Shown here: one piece after another, positions 1 to 10,727 of the stretch
Position numbering within the stretch: position 1 is the stretch's first letter
How the letters are laid out: the number at the start of each line of letters is the position of its first letter
NCBI GenBank assembly: GCA_963808115.1
Contig: CAWEEN010000001.1
Location: 59,742 to 123,741 of the forward strand
From: an uncultured Actinomycetota bacterium
Lineage (GTDB): Bacteria > Actinomycetota > Actinomycetes > Propionibacteriales > Nocardioidaceae
Direction: 5' to 3'
DNA: 64,000 nt
Program-made: the position numbers and the translations under genes
Notes under the pieces: generated by a model
Database searches by the model: none
The model's input: the letters and a program-made list of their open reading frames with translations, nothing else
What the model was told of the DNA's origin: nothing

Positions 1-2666
1 GTCGAGCACCGACTTGGCCTTCGCCTCCGTCGCGGGCTGGCTGAGCCCGCTCCGCGACAGCTCGTCGAGCACCGACGCCGGAGTGTCCGCACGCGCCCAG
101 ACGAAGACCTGGGTGTCGCTGTTGGTCTGCAAGGCGCTGCGGATGAACGCGTTGAAGTCCATCACCACCCCGGAGGGTCCGCGGAACGGCGTGGACTCGG
201 CCCGCCCGACCGACTGCACCTTGAAGGTGCCCGAGGAGCCCGTGGTGAGCGTGCGGTGGGACGCGGCCTGCAGCCCCAGCAGGACGGGGACCACCGCGGG
301 CAGGTCGTCGGGGCTGATGCCGGCGTACGACGCGGACGAGCTCGAGCTGAACTTCACGACCAGGTGCCCGCCCTCCACCGACGGGGCACCCTGGACCGCC
401 GTCGGGGAGGCCGTCTGCGACTGCGCGACGTGCCAGGACCGGTCGAGCACGCCGGGCACGTCGTGGCCGTCGACCTCGAACCGGCTGATGTCGACGGTGC
501 CGTGCATCGCCTCGACCAGCGCGGAGGGACCACCGAAGCTGATCGTCTCGAGCCGGCAGCCGCGGTGGCAGGCCGGGAGCCGCCGGGTGACCGTCGACTG
601 ACCGGGGTCGAAGGGGCCGACAGGCAGCTCACGGAGGGCGCCGTCGTCGTCGAGGATGCTCAGGGTCATGCCGAGCTGGTCGAAGTCGCCCTGGACCCGG
701 TTGGTCAGCGCCACGGTGAGCTGCTCGCCGCGCAGGATGATCGGCGGCCGGCGCGGTCCGAGCTCACGGGCGATGTCGGCGGCCGAGCGGCCAGGCGTCC
801 AGCCCGCGGGCCACGACGCGACCCGCGCCATCCGCGTCGTGTCGAGGACCGTGCGCGGGACGATGACATGGGTGCTGGCGTCGCCGTTGGGGTAGTCGAC
901 GCCGGCGGCCATCAGCCAGCGCCCCTGCGGGTCCAGCTGCTCGGTCAGGCCGACGGCCCGGGTGAGCGGGAGCCGGGTGGAGTAGGACAGCGGCGCCCCC
1001 ACCTCGGTCGCGGCCGCACTGGCCCGCCAGGTCGATGCGGCGAGCGACACCCCCACCGAGAACACGGCGACGGTGAGGGCTGCTGTCACCGGCAGAATGA
1101 CCATGGTGCCCTCGCGCCGACGGCGGACCGTGCGCGAGGCGACGTACGACGAGAGCCCGCGGCGTCGCGCGGACCAGCGGACCCACAGCCCGGCCAGCAC
1201 GAGGACGACGAGACTGCTGACCAGGCCGACGGCGACCGCGAGCAACATCGGCAGCGCCAGGTCGGTCGCGTCGGGGGCCTGCGGCTTGCTACGGCTCCAG
1301 GCGGTGACCAGGGCCGCGACGGCGGCGGCGATGAGGGCGAGCCGGACGATCACGACGGCGCGGCCCGCCTTGGTCGGCCGGCGGTCGCCGGCGATCTGGG
1401 CGCTCAGCGGCTCGTTCACGGAGTCGCGGACGACGAGTGCCGCGACCACGGCGGTCACCAGCACGACCCCGACCACCGCCAGCACGCTGGCCGCCTCGAA
1501 CGGGACCGGCAGCCCGGGGATCAGCCAGCTGTGCGCCAGCGCCCGCGAGGCGAGGTAGCCCCCGAGGACGCCGAGGGGCACCGCGGCGACCAGGACGAGC
1601 AGCGGCTCGAGCATCCCGAGGAACCACAGGCGCCGGCGGCTGTAGCCGCGCAGCGACGCGAGGGCGAGCTCCCCCGGCGCAGGTTCATGGCCGCGGCGAG
1701 CAGGCGTGAGAGCAGCACGATCGCGACCAGGATCAGCGAGAGCACCGCCGGGGCGACGGTCGACCTGGCCACTCCGCGCCGGTCGAGCAGCTGGCGGGCG
1801 ACACTCGGCAGCGAGTTGCCCGGATCGAGGGTGAGGCCGGTCGAGGAGGTCCGACCGGCCCGGAGGCCCGGGAGATCGCATGGACCCGGCCCGCGGTGGT
1901 GGCGACGCTGACCGGCGGTGAGGTCGGCTGGCAGCTCGAGGCGCTGGTCGACCGAGACGTACCACGGATCGTGGCGCAGCTCGATGCCTGCCTGGGGCGT
2001 CAGCCAAGGGGCCGGGTGGGCCGGGACCTCGGCCGGCGGCGGGGGCCGCCCGGGCACGGTCTGCAGCCGCCCGGGCCCGGCCCAGAACGCGTTGTCGCGG
2101 GCGTCATCGCGGGGCTGGTAGATCCCGACCACGGTGAAGGGGGTCTGGTCGCCGTAGGGGTCGAACTGGCTGCCGACGTGGAGCCCGTAGGTCTCGGCGT
2201 CGGCCTCGAGGACCGCGATCTCACCGGGGCTGGTCGGGCAGCGGCCTCGGAGCGCGACATGGCTGCAGGCGCCCGGCACCGACAGCAGGGTCGGTACGGC
2301 GGACACGCTCGAGTGCGGCAGCAGGGTCGCGGGCAGTGGCTGCAACAGCAGCGCATGGCCGCGCGCGTACGCCGGGCCGGACTCTCGGGCGGTCTCGTCG
2401 AGTGCCTGGGCGATCGCGTCGTCGGCGGACTGGCCGTGCTGGCGGGCGAACCGGTAGGTGAGGCCGGTGGTGAGCACCGGCTGTGCCCGCAGCTGGGCGA
2501 CCATGAAGGAGTCGGCCGCCGTGTGCTGGTAGCTCGGCCCGACCACCGCCGAGGCGATCGCGATCGTGGTCAGCAGCAGCGAGCCGACGCTGAGCACCCA
2601 GCGGGCGCGGAGGCCGCGCAGGCTGGTGGCGAGCAGCCAGCCGAACCGGGAGAGGCGAGTGCTCAC
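1..2666 (-). CDS. FtsX-like ABC transporter permease, runs off the window, with indels near 1680 and 1890
   Basis: GTG at 2666 overlaps the upstream stop (GTGA). N-terminus STRLSRFGWLL...LLLTTIAIASAVVGPSY, hydrophobic segments and LAAAMNLRRGELAL motif; next to two ABC ATPases. Confidence 0.7.
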
Positions 2667-4788
2667 TGGTCCGCCTCCCGGAGGGCGGAGGGCCGGGCCG
2701 GCCGACCGAACCTGGTGAACACGACAGCGCAGGCCAGGGCGGTGACCAGGGTGACCGCGAGCAGCACCGGCACGAGGGTCCAGGGCCGGATGCCGACGGA
2801 CAGCAGCGGGCCCTCGGACCAGCCGCCGACGAGGGGATCGGGGTGAGCAGCGCCCGGGTGGCGGCCACCGCGGCCACTCCGGCCGCGACCAGCACGACGC
2901 CGGCCAGCAGGGCGGCCTCGCCGAGGTAGGCACGGCGTACGACGTGGGGTGACAGCCCGGCGGTCCGCAGGCCCGCCACCTCGGTCCGGCGCCGGCCGAC
3001 CTGTCCGCCGAGCCACGCCAGGAGGTGGGTCAGCGCGACCAGGGCGATCCCGACCGCGACCAGCAGCGAGAGCCGGTCGGCCCGCGCCTGCGGCGTGGTG
3101 GCGAGCGCGCCGGCCACGTCGTCGTACGACGTCGGGGCGCCGCCGCCGTAGCCCTTGACCTTCGGCGAGCACGGCCGCCGGGGTGTCGGCCCGGGCGACG
3201 ACGACCGCGTTCGCGACGGCCACGCTGCCGACCGCGCCGCGCAGCGCTCGGGACAGGTCGAGGATGCTGCCCGGCCCGGCCGAGGAACGGCACCGCGTCG
3301 ACCTGACCGACGACGTCGACGGCGGCTGGTCGTTGCCGTCGATGGTCTGCACCGTCGAGCGGAGGCCGAGGCCCGGGGTGGTCAGGGCCTTCTGGGCCTG
3401 GTCGGGCTTCTCGAGCATGGCGAACGCCGAGGAGCCGCCGCCGTGGTGCTGCGGACCGTCGACCAGGTCGGTGTCGCCGACCCGCAGCGAGGAGAGGGCG
3501 AAGGGTGCCGGGCCATGAGCGGAGACCGAGAGCAGGGAGCACCCCACGCGGCAGCCGCGGAGGGGGTGCGTGGTGGTGCCGTCGGCGCGTGACCGGCACC
3601 CGCACGTGGAAGCGGGTAGCCGGGGTCGCCGAGGTAGTCGACCTCGAGCCGGGCCGCGCCGGTGCCCAGGCCGGACACCTGCGCCTCGAGGGTGTCGCCC
3701 CGGAAGAACACGGGGTCCGCCTGGCCGGCCAGCGTCGCCATGGCGCCGGTGGCCCCGGCGGCGCTGGTCCCGTCGACGAAGTCGCCGACCACCGCCGGCC
3801 AGCGGGCGGCGTCGACGAAGACCCGCCGGTCGCGGTCGTTGAGGTCGTCGATGGCGGTCGCGGCCATCAGCCAGTGCCCGTCGGGATCGGCGTCGCGGGC
3901 GGCAGCGTAGGCGCGAAGAGCGCCGGTCTTGAACGGGATCACGGTGGGGCCGCCTGCGCGGAGGTGGGCGGCGTCGTCGCGCCAGGCGGCCGCAGCGGTG
4001 GTGCCGGTGAGGGTGACGGCGAGCAGCAGCCCCGCCGCCACCACGATCCGGACCGCCGATCCGGGCTCGGGGTCGCGGCGGAGTCGGCGCGTGGTCAGGG
4101 CCGTCCCGAGGCGGTGACCGACGCGCGGGGTCAGTGCGAGCAGCCACATCACGACCTGGCCGACTGCCAGCGCCACCAGTGCGGGCGCGATCTCCGGCAC
4201 CCAGCCGCGGTCACCCCGGTGCGCTTCGTAGACAGCGAGCACACCGGCGAGCACCACGAGGATCTCGAGGAAGGTGGTCACCCACGACGCCGGTCGCCGG
4301 CGCGGCTGCGTCGCCAGGGCGTCCACCAGCGGGGTGCGCAGCTGCGCGGCCGTCACCAGGCAGACCGTCGCCCAGGCACCGAGCAGGAGGGCGACGGCGA
4401 CCACGACCTCGCGCGCCCCGAGGACGTACGACGCCCCCCACTCCGCGGCGATCCGGGCGGCCAGCCAGCCGCCGAGGGCCGAGCCCAGCGCGACCCCCAC
4501 CCCGGTGACCGCGAGGAGGGGCGCGGCGGCGAAGGTCACCAGCCGGCCCCCGGTCAGCCCTCGGAGGCGGGCCAGCGCGACGTCCTTGCGACGGGCGGTC
4601 GCGGTGCGCGAGGTCTGCTCGGCCAGCGCGACCCCGCCGTAGAGCACGAGCATCGCGGCGACCGCGCCCGGCGTCCCGCCGACGCGCGCCGCGCCGACGA
4701 CCGCCACCGACCCGGCCGTCACCACGAGGGCGAGCACGAAGGTGGCGACGGACGCGAGGCGGTGAGCCCGGACGGCGCGGATCAGCAT
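2663..4788 (-). CDS. Second FtsX-like ABC permease (frameshifted pieces 3382-4788, 2663-4147, 2221-3117)
   Basis: RRKDVALARLRG and RRTEVAGLRTAG permease motifs, several TM segments, C-terminus RPARPSALREADQ. Confidence 0.7.
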
Positions 4789-4794
4789 GCCGGG

Positions 4795-5521
4795 TCAGTA
4801 CTCGCCGGGCTCGAGCTCGGGGAGGAGCCGTCCTTCGTCGAGCACCAGCCGGCGGTCGGCCGCGTCGACCACGGCCGGGTCGTGGGTCGCCACGACGACC
4901 ACGGCGCCGCGGGCGGCCTCGAGGCGCAGCTGGTCCATGACGTGCTCGCGGTTGCCCTCGTCGAGCTCGCTGGTCGGCTCGTCGGCCAGCAGCACCCGGG
5001 GCCGGACGGCGAACGCGCGGGCGCAGGCCACCCGCTGCATCTGCCCGCCGGAGAGCTCCTCGACCTGCCGGTCGCCGAGGTCGCCGATGTGGAACCGGGC
5101 GAGCTCGGCGTCAGCCCGCTCGTCGGCGGCAGGCGGCTTCTCCCCCCGCGCCCGGAGAGCGATCGCGACGTTCTCCCGGGCGCTCAGGATCGGCACCAGG
5201 CCGTAGACCTGGAGCACGAACGCGATCTCGTGACGCGGGTCGCCGTCGCCCTGCCACAGGTGGTGACCGTCGTACGACGCGAGCCCGGTCGTGGGCTTGA
5301 CGATGCCGCCGGCGATCGACAGGAGCGTGGTCTTTCCGGAGCCGGACGGACCGGCCAGGGCGGTGACCTCCCCGGGACGGATCGAGAGCGAGAGCCGTTC
5401 CAGCACCCAGCGGCCGCCGATGTTGAGCGACACGTCCTCGAGCTCGAGGGGCGGGCCGGAGGTCTCCGCGAACGGGTCGGCGGGTCCCTCGTCGGTGGCT
5501 CCCGGGTACCACGCCGCTCAC
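4795..5521 (-). CDS. ABC transporter ATP-binding protein (LolD-like); probable indel near the start
   Basis: Walker A GPSGSGKT, LSGGQ signature, LLADEPT, ATHD. Confidence 0.9.
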
Positions 5522-6417
5522 TGCTGGTCCTCCTCGGCGTCGCTCTGTGACCGGCTCAGCAGCAGCTTGTCGACCTGCTCGGGCTCGATCCGGACCAGCG
5601 TGCCCTGCGGCCAGTCGCGGGCGATGTGGGCCGGCAGGTGGACGACGCCCTCGGCGCCCACCACGACGTACTCCGCGCCGGCGCGGCCCTCCATGCCGAC
5701 GCGTCCACCGCGCATCGTCACCGTGCGCGGGAACGAGCCGGCCACCTCGGGTTGGTGGGTGACCACCAGGATCGTGGTGCCGAAGTCGTTGCCGAGCCCG
5801 TGGATCAGCTCCAGCATGTGGTCCCGGTCCTCGTGGCTGAGCTGGCTGGTGGGTTCGTCGGCGAGCAGGAGCTGGGGAGCGCTGGTGATCGAGCAGGCCA
5901 GCGCCAGCCGCTGGCGCTCACCGCCGGACATCGACGACACGACCTGGTCACCCTTCGCCTCGAGCCCGACCCGGCGCAGGAGCTCGGCGTCGCCGAGGGT
6001 GTGGTCGGGGTCGGCGCTGGCGGCCCGGCTGAACCGGAGGTTCTGCTGGGCGGTCGCGTAGGCGAGCAGGTTGCGGGTGGCGCCCTGGAGCATCGTGCTC
6101 ACCCGCGACGCCCGGACCTTGGTCAGCTGCCGCTCGCTCATCCGCGAGATCTCCTGGTCGCCCAGGAAGATCCGCCCCGCGCTGGGCCGCTGGATGCCAC
6201 CGAACAGCGTGAGCAGCGTCGACTTGCCCGAGCCGCTGGGGCCGAGGAACGCGACCCGCTCGCCCGCCTCCACGCTGAGGTCGACACCCTGCAGGGCGAC
6301 GACGTCGTGCCCCTCGAAGGTCTTGTAGAGGTGGACCAGGCCCTGGCAGCGGACCGCGAGCCCGCCTGCGCGGTCGTCGGCGACGCTCAGCGACCTCCTG
6401 CACGTCGTCCACCTCAC
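5518..6417 (-). CDS. ABC transporter ATP-binding protein (LolD-like) with C-terminal extension; start uncertain
   Basis: GPSGSGKS, MSGGE, LLADEPT, VTHQ. Confidence 0.9.
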   Translation of the reverse strand: MRWTTCRRSLSVADDRAGGLAVRCQGLVHLYKTFEGHDVVALQGVDLSVEAGERVAFLGPSGSGKSTLLTLFGGIQRPSAGRIFLGDQEISRMSERQLTKVRASRVSTMLQGATRNLLAYATAQQNLRFSRAASADPDHTLGDAELLRRVGLEAKGDQVVSSMSGGERQRLALACSITSAPQLLLADEPTSQLSHEDRDHMLELIHGLGNDFGTTILVVTHQPEVAGSFPRTVTMRGGRVGMEGRAGAEYVVVGAEGVVHLPAHIARDWPQGTLVRIEPEQVDKLLLSRSQSDAEEDQQ

Positions 6418-6549
6418 TCCTCGGGTCCCTCTGGTCGTCCCCGGCCTCGGCCCAGGCAGTCAATCCGCCGGCGCAGGCCCCAGCAAGCAGCGCGCTGGAC
6501 TCGTGACCAGATCGACACCCGTCTGACGCGCTGCTCACACGGCTGGTTG

Positions 6550-7203
6550 TCAGCCTGTCCCGCGCCCGCTACGACGGGTGGTGGCGGCGCCCCGTGACTC
6601 CAGGACCCGGAACCCCTTGGCACTGGCCAGCCGGGTCGTCGGCCAGCCCTGGTCGGTCAGCCAGGTCTGGAGGGAGTCGGCGCCGAGGTTCTTCCCGACC
6701 ACCATCACCGCGCGCCCGTCCGGGCGCAGCCGGGGCAGCCACCGCAGCAGCAGCGCGTGGAGGGCCTGCTTGCCGATCCGGATCGGCGGGTTGGACCAGA
6801 TCTCGTCGAACGTCCGCTCCGCCGGCACGGCGTCGGGCTCGCAGGCGACGTACCGGTCCTGCAGCCCGAGCGCCGCGGCGTTCTGCTCGGCGAGCAGGAC
6901 GGCGCGTTGGTTGACCTCGACGCCGGTCACCCCGGAGGCCGGGCCGGTGGGCACTGCGGCCGCCCGCCAGGCGGCGGCGACGGCGAGCCCGATCACGCCG
7001 TAGCCGGTGCCGAGGTCGAGGACCTGCCCGGGTGACGGCGGCTCGGTCTCGCGGAAGAGCACGGAGGTGCCGATGTCGAGGTGTCCACGGCTGTAGACAC
7101 CCGCCCCGCTGACCAGGTCGAGCCGGTGCCCCCAGACCTCACACGTGAAGGGCTCCCGGGCGAAGGGCGCCGACGGGTCGGCGGAGAAGTAGTGGTCGCT
7201 CAC
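6550..7203 (-). CDS. Class I SAM-dependent methyltransferase (RsmC/MTS-like)
   Basis: SDHYFSADP start, VLDLGTGYG, SNPPIRIGK; GTG overlaps the upstream TGA. Confidence 0.85.
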   Translation of the reverse strand: MSDHYFSADPSAPFAREPFTCEVWGHRLDLVSGAGVYSRGHLDIGTSVLFRETEPPSPGQVLDLGTGYGVIGLAVAAAWRAAAVPTGPASGVTGVEVNQRAVLLAEQNAAALGLQDRYVACEPDAVPAERTFDEIWSNPPIRIGKQALHALLLRWLPRLRPDGRAVMVVGKNLGADSLQTWLTDQGWPTTRLASAKGFRVLESRGAATTRRSGRGTG

Positions 7204-8012
7204 TGCAGCCGCTCCTCGACCAGGTCGACCAACCGCCCGCGACCCACCAGGTAGCCGTCCTCCTCGTCGGTCGCGACCCCCGCCGCCTCGTTGAACGCAC
7301 GGGTGGCCATCCGGTACACCGCCGCGCGCAGCACGAGCTGGAGCCACGCGGGCCCGTCTGCCCAGGCGTCGAGCAGCCCGGGATCGGCGTCCTCCCAGCA
7401 GATCGCGTCGGACACCACGATGGCCGTCGCCCACGAGCGCGGCCGGTGGTACGCCGGCCAGTCGATGACCCCGGCCTGGTGGCCGTCGCGCAGGACGTTC
7501 ACACACAGGTCTCCGTGGACCACCTGCGGCGACAGGTCGACCGGCTCGAGCAGGTCGAGAGCACGGCGGATCAGAGCCGTCGTGCGCGGTGCGCCCCGGA
7601 GGGGGTGCCCTTCCCACGCGACCCGGTCGCCGTAGGACCACGCGTCGTCGCGGTCGTCGAGGAACGCCGGCCGCGGCAGGTGCGCCACCGCGTCGTGGAA
7701 CGCCTCGCACGCCGCTCGGAACCAGGCGGGGTCCTCGGACACACGAGCGGTCTCGCCGGGCACGAACACGTGTGCCCCCCATCCGGCGAAGGACCAGCCA
7801 CCCTCGGCCTGCAACGGCTGCGGCACCCGGACGACCTCGCTCGTCCAGGCGTCGTACACCTCGGCGACCCAAGCGTGCTCGACGACGTCCTCGACCGGCT
7901 TCAGGACGACGTCACCGGCCCGCCAGGTGCGGCCCATCCCTCCGGGCAGCAACGACGGGTCACCGGGCGCTCCGAACGCCTCGAGCACCGCGGCGGGCGG
8001 GGGGACGCTCAT
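7200..8012 (-). CDS. Aminoglycoside-phosphotransferase-like kinase (TIGR02569-like)
   Basis: VVLKPV, QVVHGDL.VNVL and IDWPAY motifs; coupled to truA by ATGA overlap. Confidence 0.7.
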   Translation of the reverse strand: MSVPPPAAVLEAFGAPGDPSLLPGGMGRTWRAGDVVLKPVEDVVEHAWVAEVYDAWTSEVVRVPQPLQAEGGWSFAGWGAHVFVPGETARVSEDPAWFRAACEAFHDAVAHLPRPAFLDDRDDAWSYGDRVAWEGHPLRGAPRTTALIRRALDLLEPVDLSPQVVHGDLCVNVLRDGHQAGVIDWPAYHRPRSWATAIVVSDAICWEDADPGLLDAWADGPAWLQLVLRAAVYRMATRAFNEAAGVATDEEDGYLVGRGRLVDLVEERLQ

Positions 8013-8863
8013 CCCTGCTCCCGCTTGGCACGGGTCAGCTCGGCACGCGCGCGGAGCTCGTCGTCGGCCGGGTAGCGGACCTCCTCGAGGGTCAGCCCGT
8101 GCGCCGGTACGACGGTCACGGCGGGGTCGCGGGCACCCGCGGCGAGGACCTGGGCCGGCCAGCCCGCCGGACGGCGTCCCTCTCCCACCGCGACGAGGGC
8201 ACCCACCAGCGAGCGGACCATGTGGTGGCAGAAGGCGTCGGCCCGCACGGTGCCGGTGAGCAGGTCTCCCTGGCGCACCCACCCCAGGTCGAGGAGGGTG
8301 CGCACCGTCGTCGCACCCACGCGCTGCTTGCAGAAGGCGGCGAAGTCGTGGAGCCCGAGCAGTGACCGGGACGCCTCGTTCATCACGTCGACGTCGAGCG
8401 GCCGCGGCCAGGTGAGCACGTGCCCTCGGGTGAGCGGGTCGGGCACCCCGTCACAGAGCCGGAAGGCATAGCGGCGCCACAACGGCGAGAAGCGGGCGTC
8501 GAACCCGTCGGGGGCGGCGACCACGCGCCGTACCCGGACGTCGTCGGGGAGCACCCCGTTCAGCCGGCGCCCCAGGGCAGCGGCCGGGTCGCCCTGGTGC
8601 CGGCTGCCGACCGCGGCCAGCACCTCGGCGTCGACGTCGAGGTGGGCGACCTGACCGCGGGCGTGGACGCCGGTGTCGGTCCGGCCGGCGCAGACCAGCC
8701 CGATCGGGCGGCCCGGGGCCGCGACCGGCTCCACCGCCGGTGGGAGCCGGAGCACCGTGGCGAGCGCCGCCTCGACGTCGCCCTGCACCGTCCGCAGCCC
8801 CGGCTGGGTGGCCCAGCCGTGGAAGGCACCGCCGTCGTAGGCGATATCGATCCGCAGCCGCAC
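8009..8863 (-). CDS. truA: tRNA pseudouridine(38-40) synthase
   Basis: [39 protein letters not shown]. Confidence 0.96.
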   Translation of the reverse strand: MRLRIDIAYDGGAFHGWATQPGLRTVQGDVEAALATVLRLPPAVEPVAAPGRPIGLVCAGRTDTGVHARGQVAHLDVDAEVLAAVGSRHQGDPAAALGRRLNGVLPDDVRVRRVVAAPDGFDARFSPLWRRYAFRLCDGVPDPLTRGHVLTWPRPLDVDVMNEASRSLLGLHDFAAFCKQRVGATTVRTLLDLGWVRQGDLLTGTVRADAFCHHMVRSLVGALVAVGEGRRPAGWPAQVLAAGARDPAVTVVPAHGLTLEEVRYPADDELRARAELTRAKREQG

Positions 8864-8900
8864 GCCTGCACTCTAGGCGCGGCCGATCTAGGCTCGTGCC
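8864..8900. promoter_or_regulatory. Back-to-back -10 elements for two divergent leaderless genes
   Basis: TAGAGT (minus, 8870-8875) is 6 nt from the truA GTG; TAGGCT (plus, 8889-8894) is 6 nt from ATG 8901; no SD on either side. Confidence 0.6.
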
Positions 8901-10592
8901 ATGGACGACCGCCCTGCGATCTTGCTGGTCTCCGAGGAGCATGCCGACGAGCTGCTCGACGAGTTCGGCCGCTACACCCGCGACTACGACGTGCGGGCCG
9001 CGCGCAGCGCCGCCGAGGCCCGCGTCGTGGTCACCGGGCTGTCCGGCGACGGCCAGCCACTCGCGCTGGTGGTCAGCGAGTCGGTGCTGCCCGACGCCCA
9101 CGTGCTGGAGATGTTCCAGCGGCTGCGTACCTACGTGCCGACGGCCCGCCGGATGGTCGCCGCGCACTGGACCAGGTTCCGGCTGGACGCCGAGGACCTG
9201 CGGCCCGGCCTCGCCAAGGGCAAGTACGACGCGTACCTGCTGGCCCCGCGCGGCCAGCGCGACGAGGAGTTCCACACCGCGGTCTGCGAGATGCTCTCCG
9301 ACTGGAACCAGACCGTGGCGCCCCCCGTCGTGGAGACGCTCCGGGTGGTCTCCCCCAGCAGCGACGGCGTCACCCTGGCGGTCCGCGACTTCCTCGACCG
9401 GATCGGCATCCCGCACCTGGTGCACGACCCCGACAGCGAGATCGGGCGCGAGGTGCTGGCCCGGCTGGTGCTGCCCGACGGCGTCGAGCCGTCGTACCCC
9501 GTCGTGGAGAAGTGGGACGGCGAGCCCTACGTCGCCCACTCCGTGCGCGACGTGGCGATCAGCATCTACGGACGACCGGACGACGTGGACGTCGACCAGG
9601 TGGTCGACCTCTGCATCGTCGGCGCCGGCCCGGCCGGCCTCGCGGCTGCGGTGTACGGCGCGTCCGAGGGCCTCAGCACCGTCGCCGTCGAGGCGGAGGC
9701 GATCGGCGGCCAGGCCGGCACCAGCTCGATGATCCGCAACTACCTCGGCTTCCCTCGTGGCATCTCGGGCATGCGCCTGGCACAGCGGGCGCGCAACCAG
9801 GCGATCCGGTTCGGTACCCGCTTCTTCACCGGCTGGCCGGCGACCGGCCTGGAGGTCGGACGCGACGGGGCTCCGCATGTCGTGCGCACCGAGGGCGGTG
9901 ACGTCCGGGCCCGGGCGGTGGTGATCGCCTCGGGCGTGAGCTACCGCCGCCTCGGTGTCGATGCGATCGACGGCCTGGTCGGCAACGGCGTGAACTACGG
10001 CGCCGCCATGACCGCCGCCCGCGAGATGGAGGGGGTCGACGTCGTGGTGGTCGGCGGCGGCAACTCGGCCGGTCAGGCGGCGCTCCACCTCTCGCGCTTC
10101 GCCCGGAGCGTCACGATCCTGGTGCGCCGACCCGATCTGACCCCGACCATGTCGTCGTACCTGATCGGCGAGATCGCATTCAGCCCACGGATCACCGTCG
10201 AGGGCTGCAGCGCGGTCGTCGACGGCGGCGGCGAGGCACGGCTGGAGTGGATCGAGGTCGAGAACAGCGAGACCGGGCAGCGCACGCGCCGCGACGTCGG
10301 CGGCCTCTTCCTGCTGCTCGGCGCGGTCGCCCACTGCGACTGGCTCCCGCCCGAGGTCGCCCGCGACGCCAACGGGTTCGTGCTCACCGGCCGCGAGGTG
10401 CCCGGCGACACCTGGCGCGACGGGCTTCCGCCGGAGAACCTCGAGACCACCGTGCAGGGCATCTTCGCGGTCGGCGACATCCGCTCCGGCTCCATGAAGC
10501 GGGTCGCCTCGGCCAGCGGTGAGGGCGCGTCGGTCATCCCCCTCGTGCACACGTGGCTGGAGCCGGCGCCGACGCCCTCGGTCACCGCCTGA
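8901..10592 (+). CDS. FAD-dependent thioredoxin-reductase-like oxidoreductase with N-terminal receiver-like domain
   Basis: GAGPAGL, GGQAGTSSMIRNYLGFP, GGGNSAGQAA, GIFAVGD, KRVASASGEG; no CxxC. Confidence 0.85.
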   Translation: MDDRPAILLVSEEHADELLDEFGRYTRDYDVRAARSAAEARVVVTGLSGDGQPLALVVSESVLPDAHVLEMFQRLRTYVPTARRMVAAHWTRFRLDAEDLRPGLAKGKYDAYLLAPRGQRDEEFHTAVCEMLSDWNQTVAPPVVETLRVVSPSSDGVTLAVRDFLDRIGIPHLVHDPDSEIGREVLARLVLPDGVEPSYPVVEKWDGEPYVAHSVRDVAISIYGRPDDVDVDQVVDLCIVGAGPAGLAAAVYGASEGLSTVAVEAEAIGGQAGTSSMIRNYLGFPRGISGMRLAQRARNQAIRFGTRFFTGWPATGLEVGRDGAPHVVRTEGGDVRARAVVIASGVSYRRLGVDAIDGLVGNGVNYGAAMTAAREMEGVDVVVVGGGNSAGQAALHLSRFARSVTILVRRPDLTPTMSSYLIGEIAFSPRITVEGCSAVVDGGGEARLEWIEVENSETGQRTRRDVGGLFLLLGAVAHCDWLPPEVARDANGFVLTGREVPGDTWRDGLPPENLETTVQGIFAVGDIRSGSMKRVASASGEGASVIPLVHTWLEPAPTPSVTA

Positions 10593-10603
10593 CGGCGCTG
10601 CCG

Positions 10604-10636
10604 GACATCGCCCCTGACATCGCCCCTGAGATCGCC
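10604..10636 (+). repeat. 12-bp tandem direct repeat, about 3 copies
   Basis: GACATCGCCCCT GACATCGCCCCT GAGATCGCC. Confidence 0.8.
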
Positions 10637-10727
10637 GGAGCGCCGGGTGTGAGCCCGGCCACGCCACGCCGGAGGGGCGGCTTCGCGGAAGGTGGGTCGT
10701 GACCACGCCGTTGGTAGGGTTCCGCCC

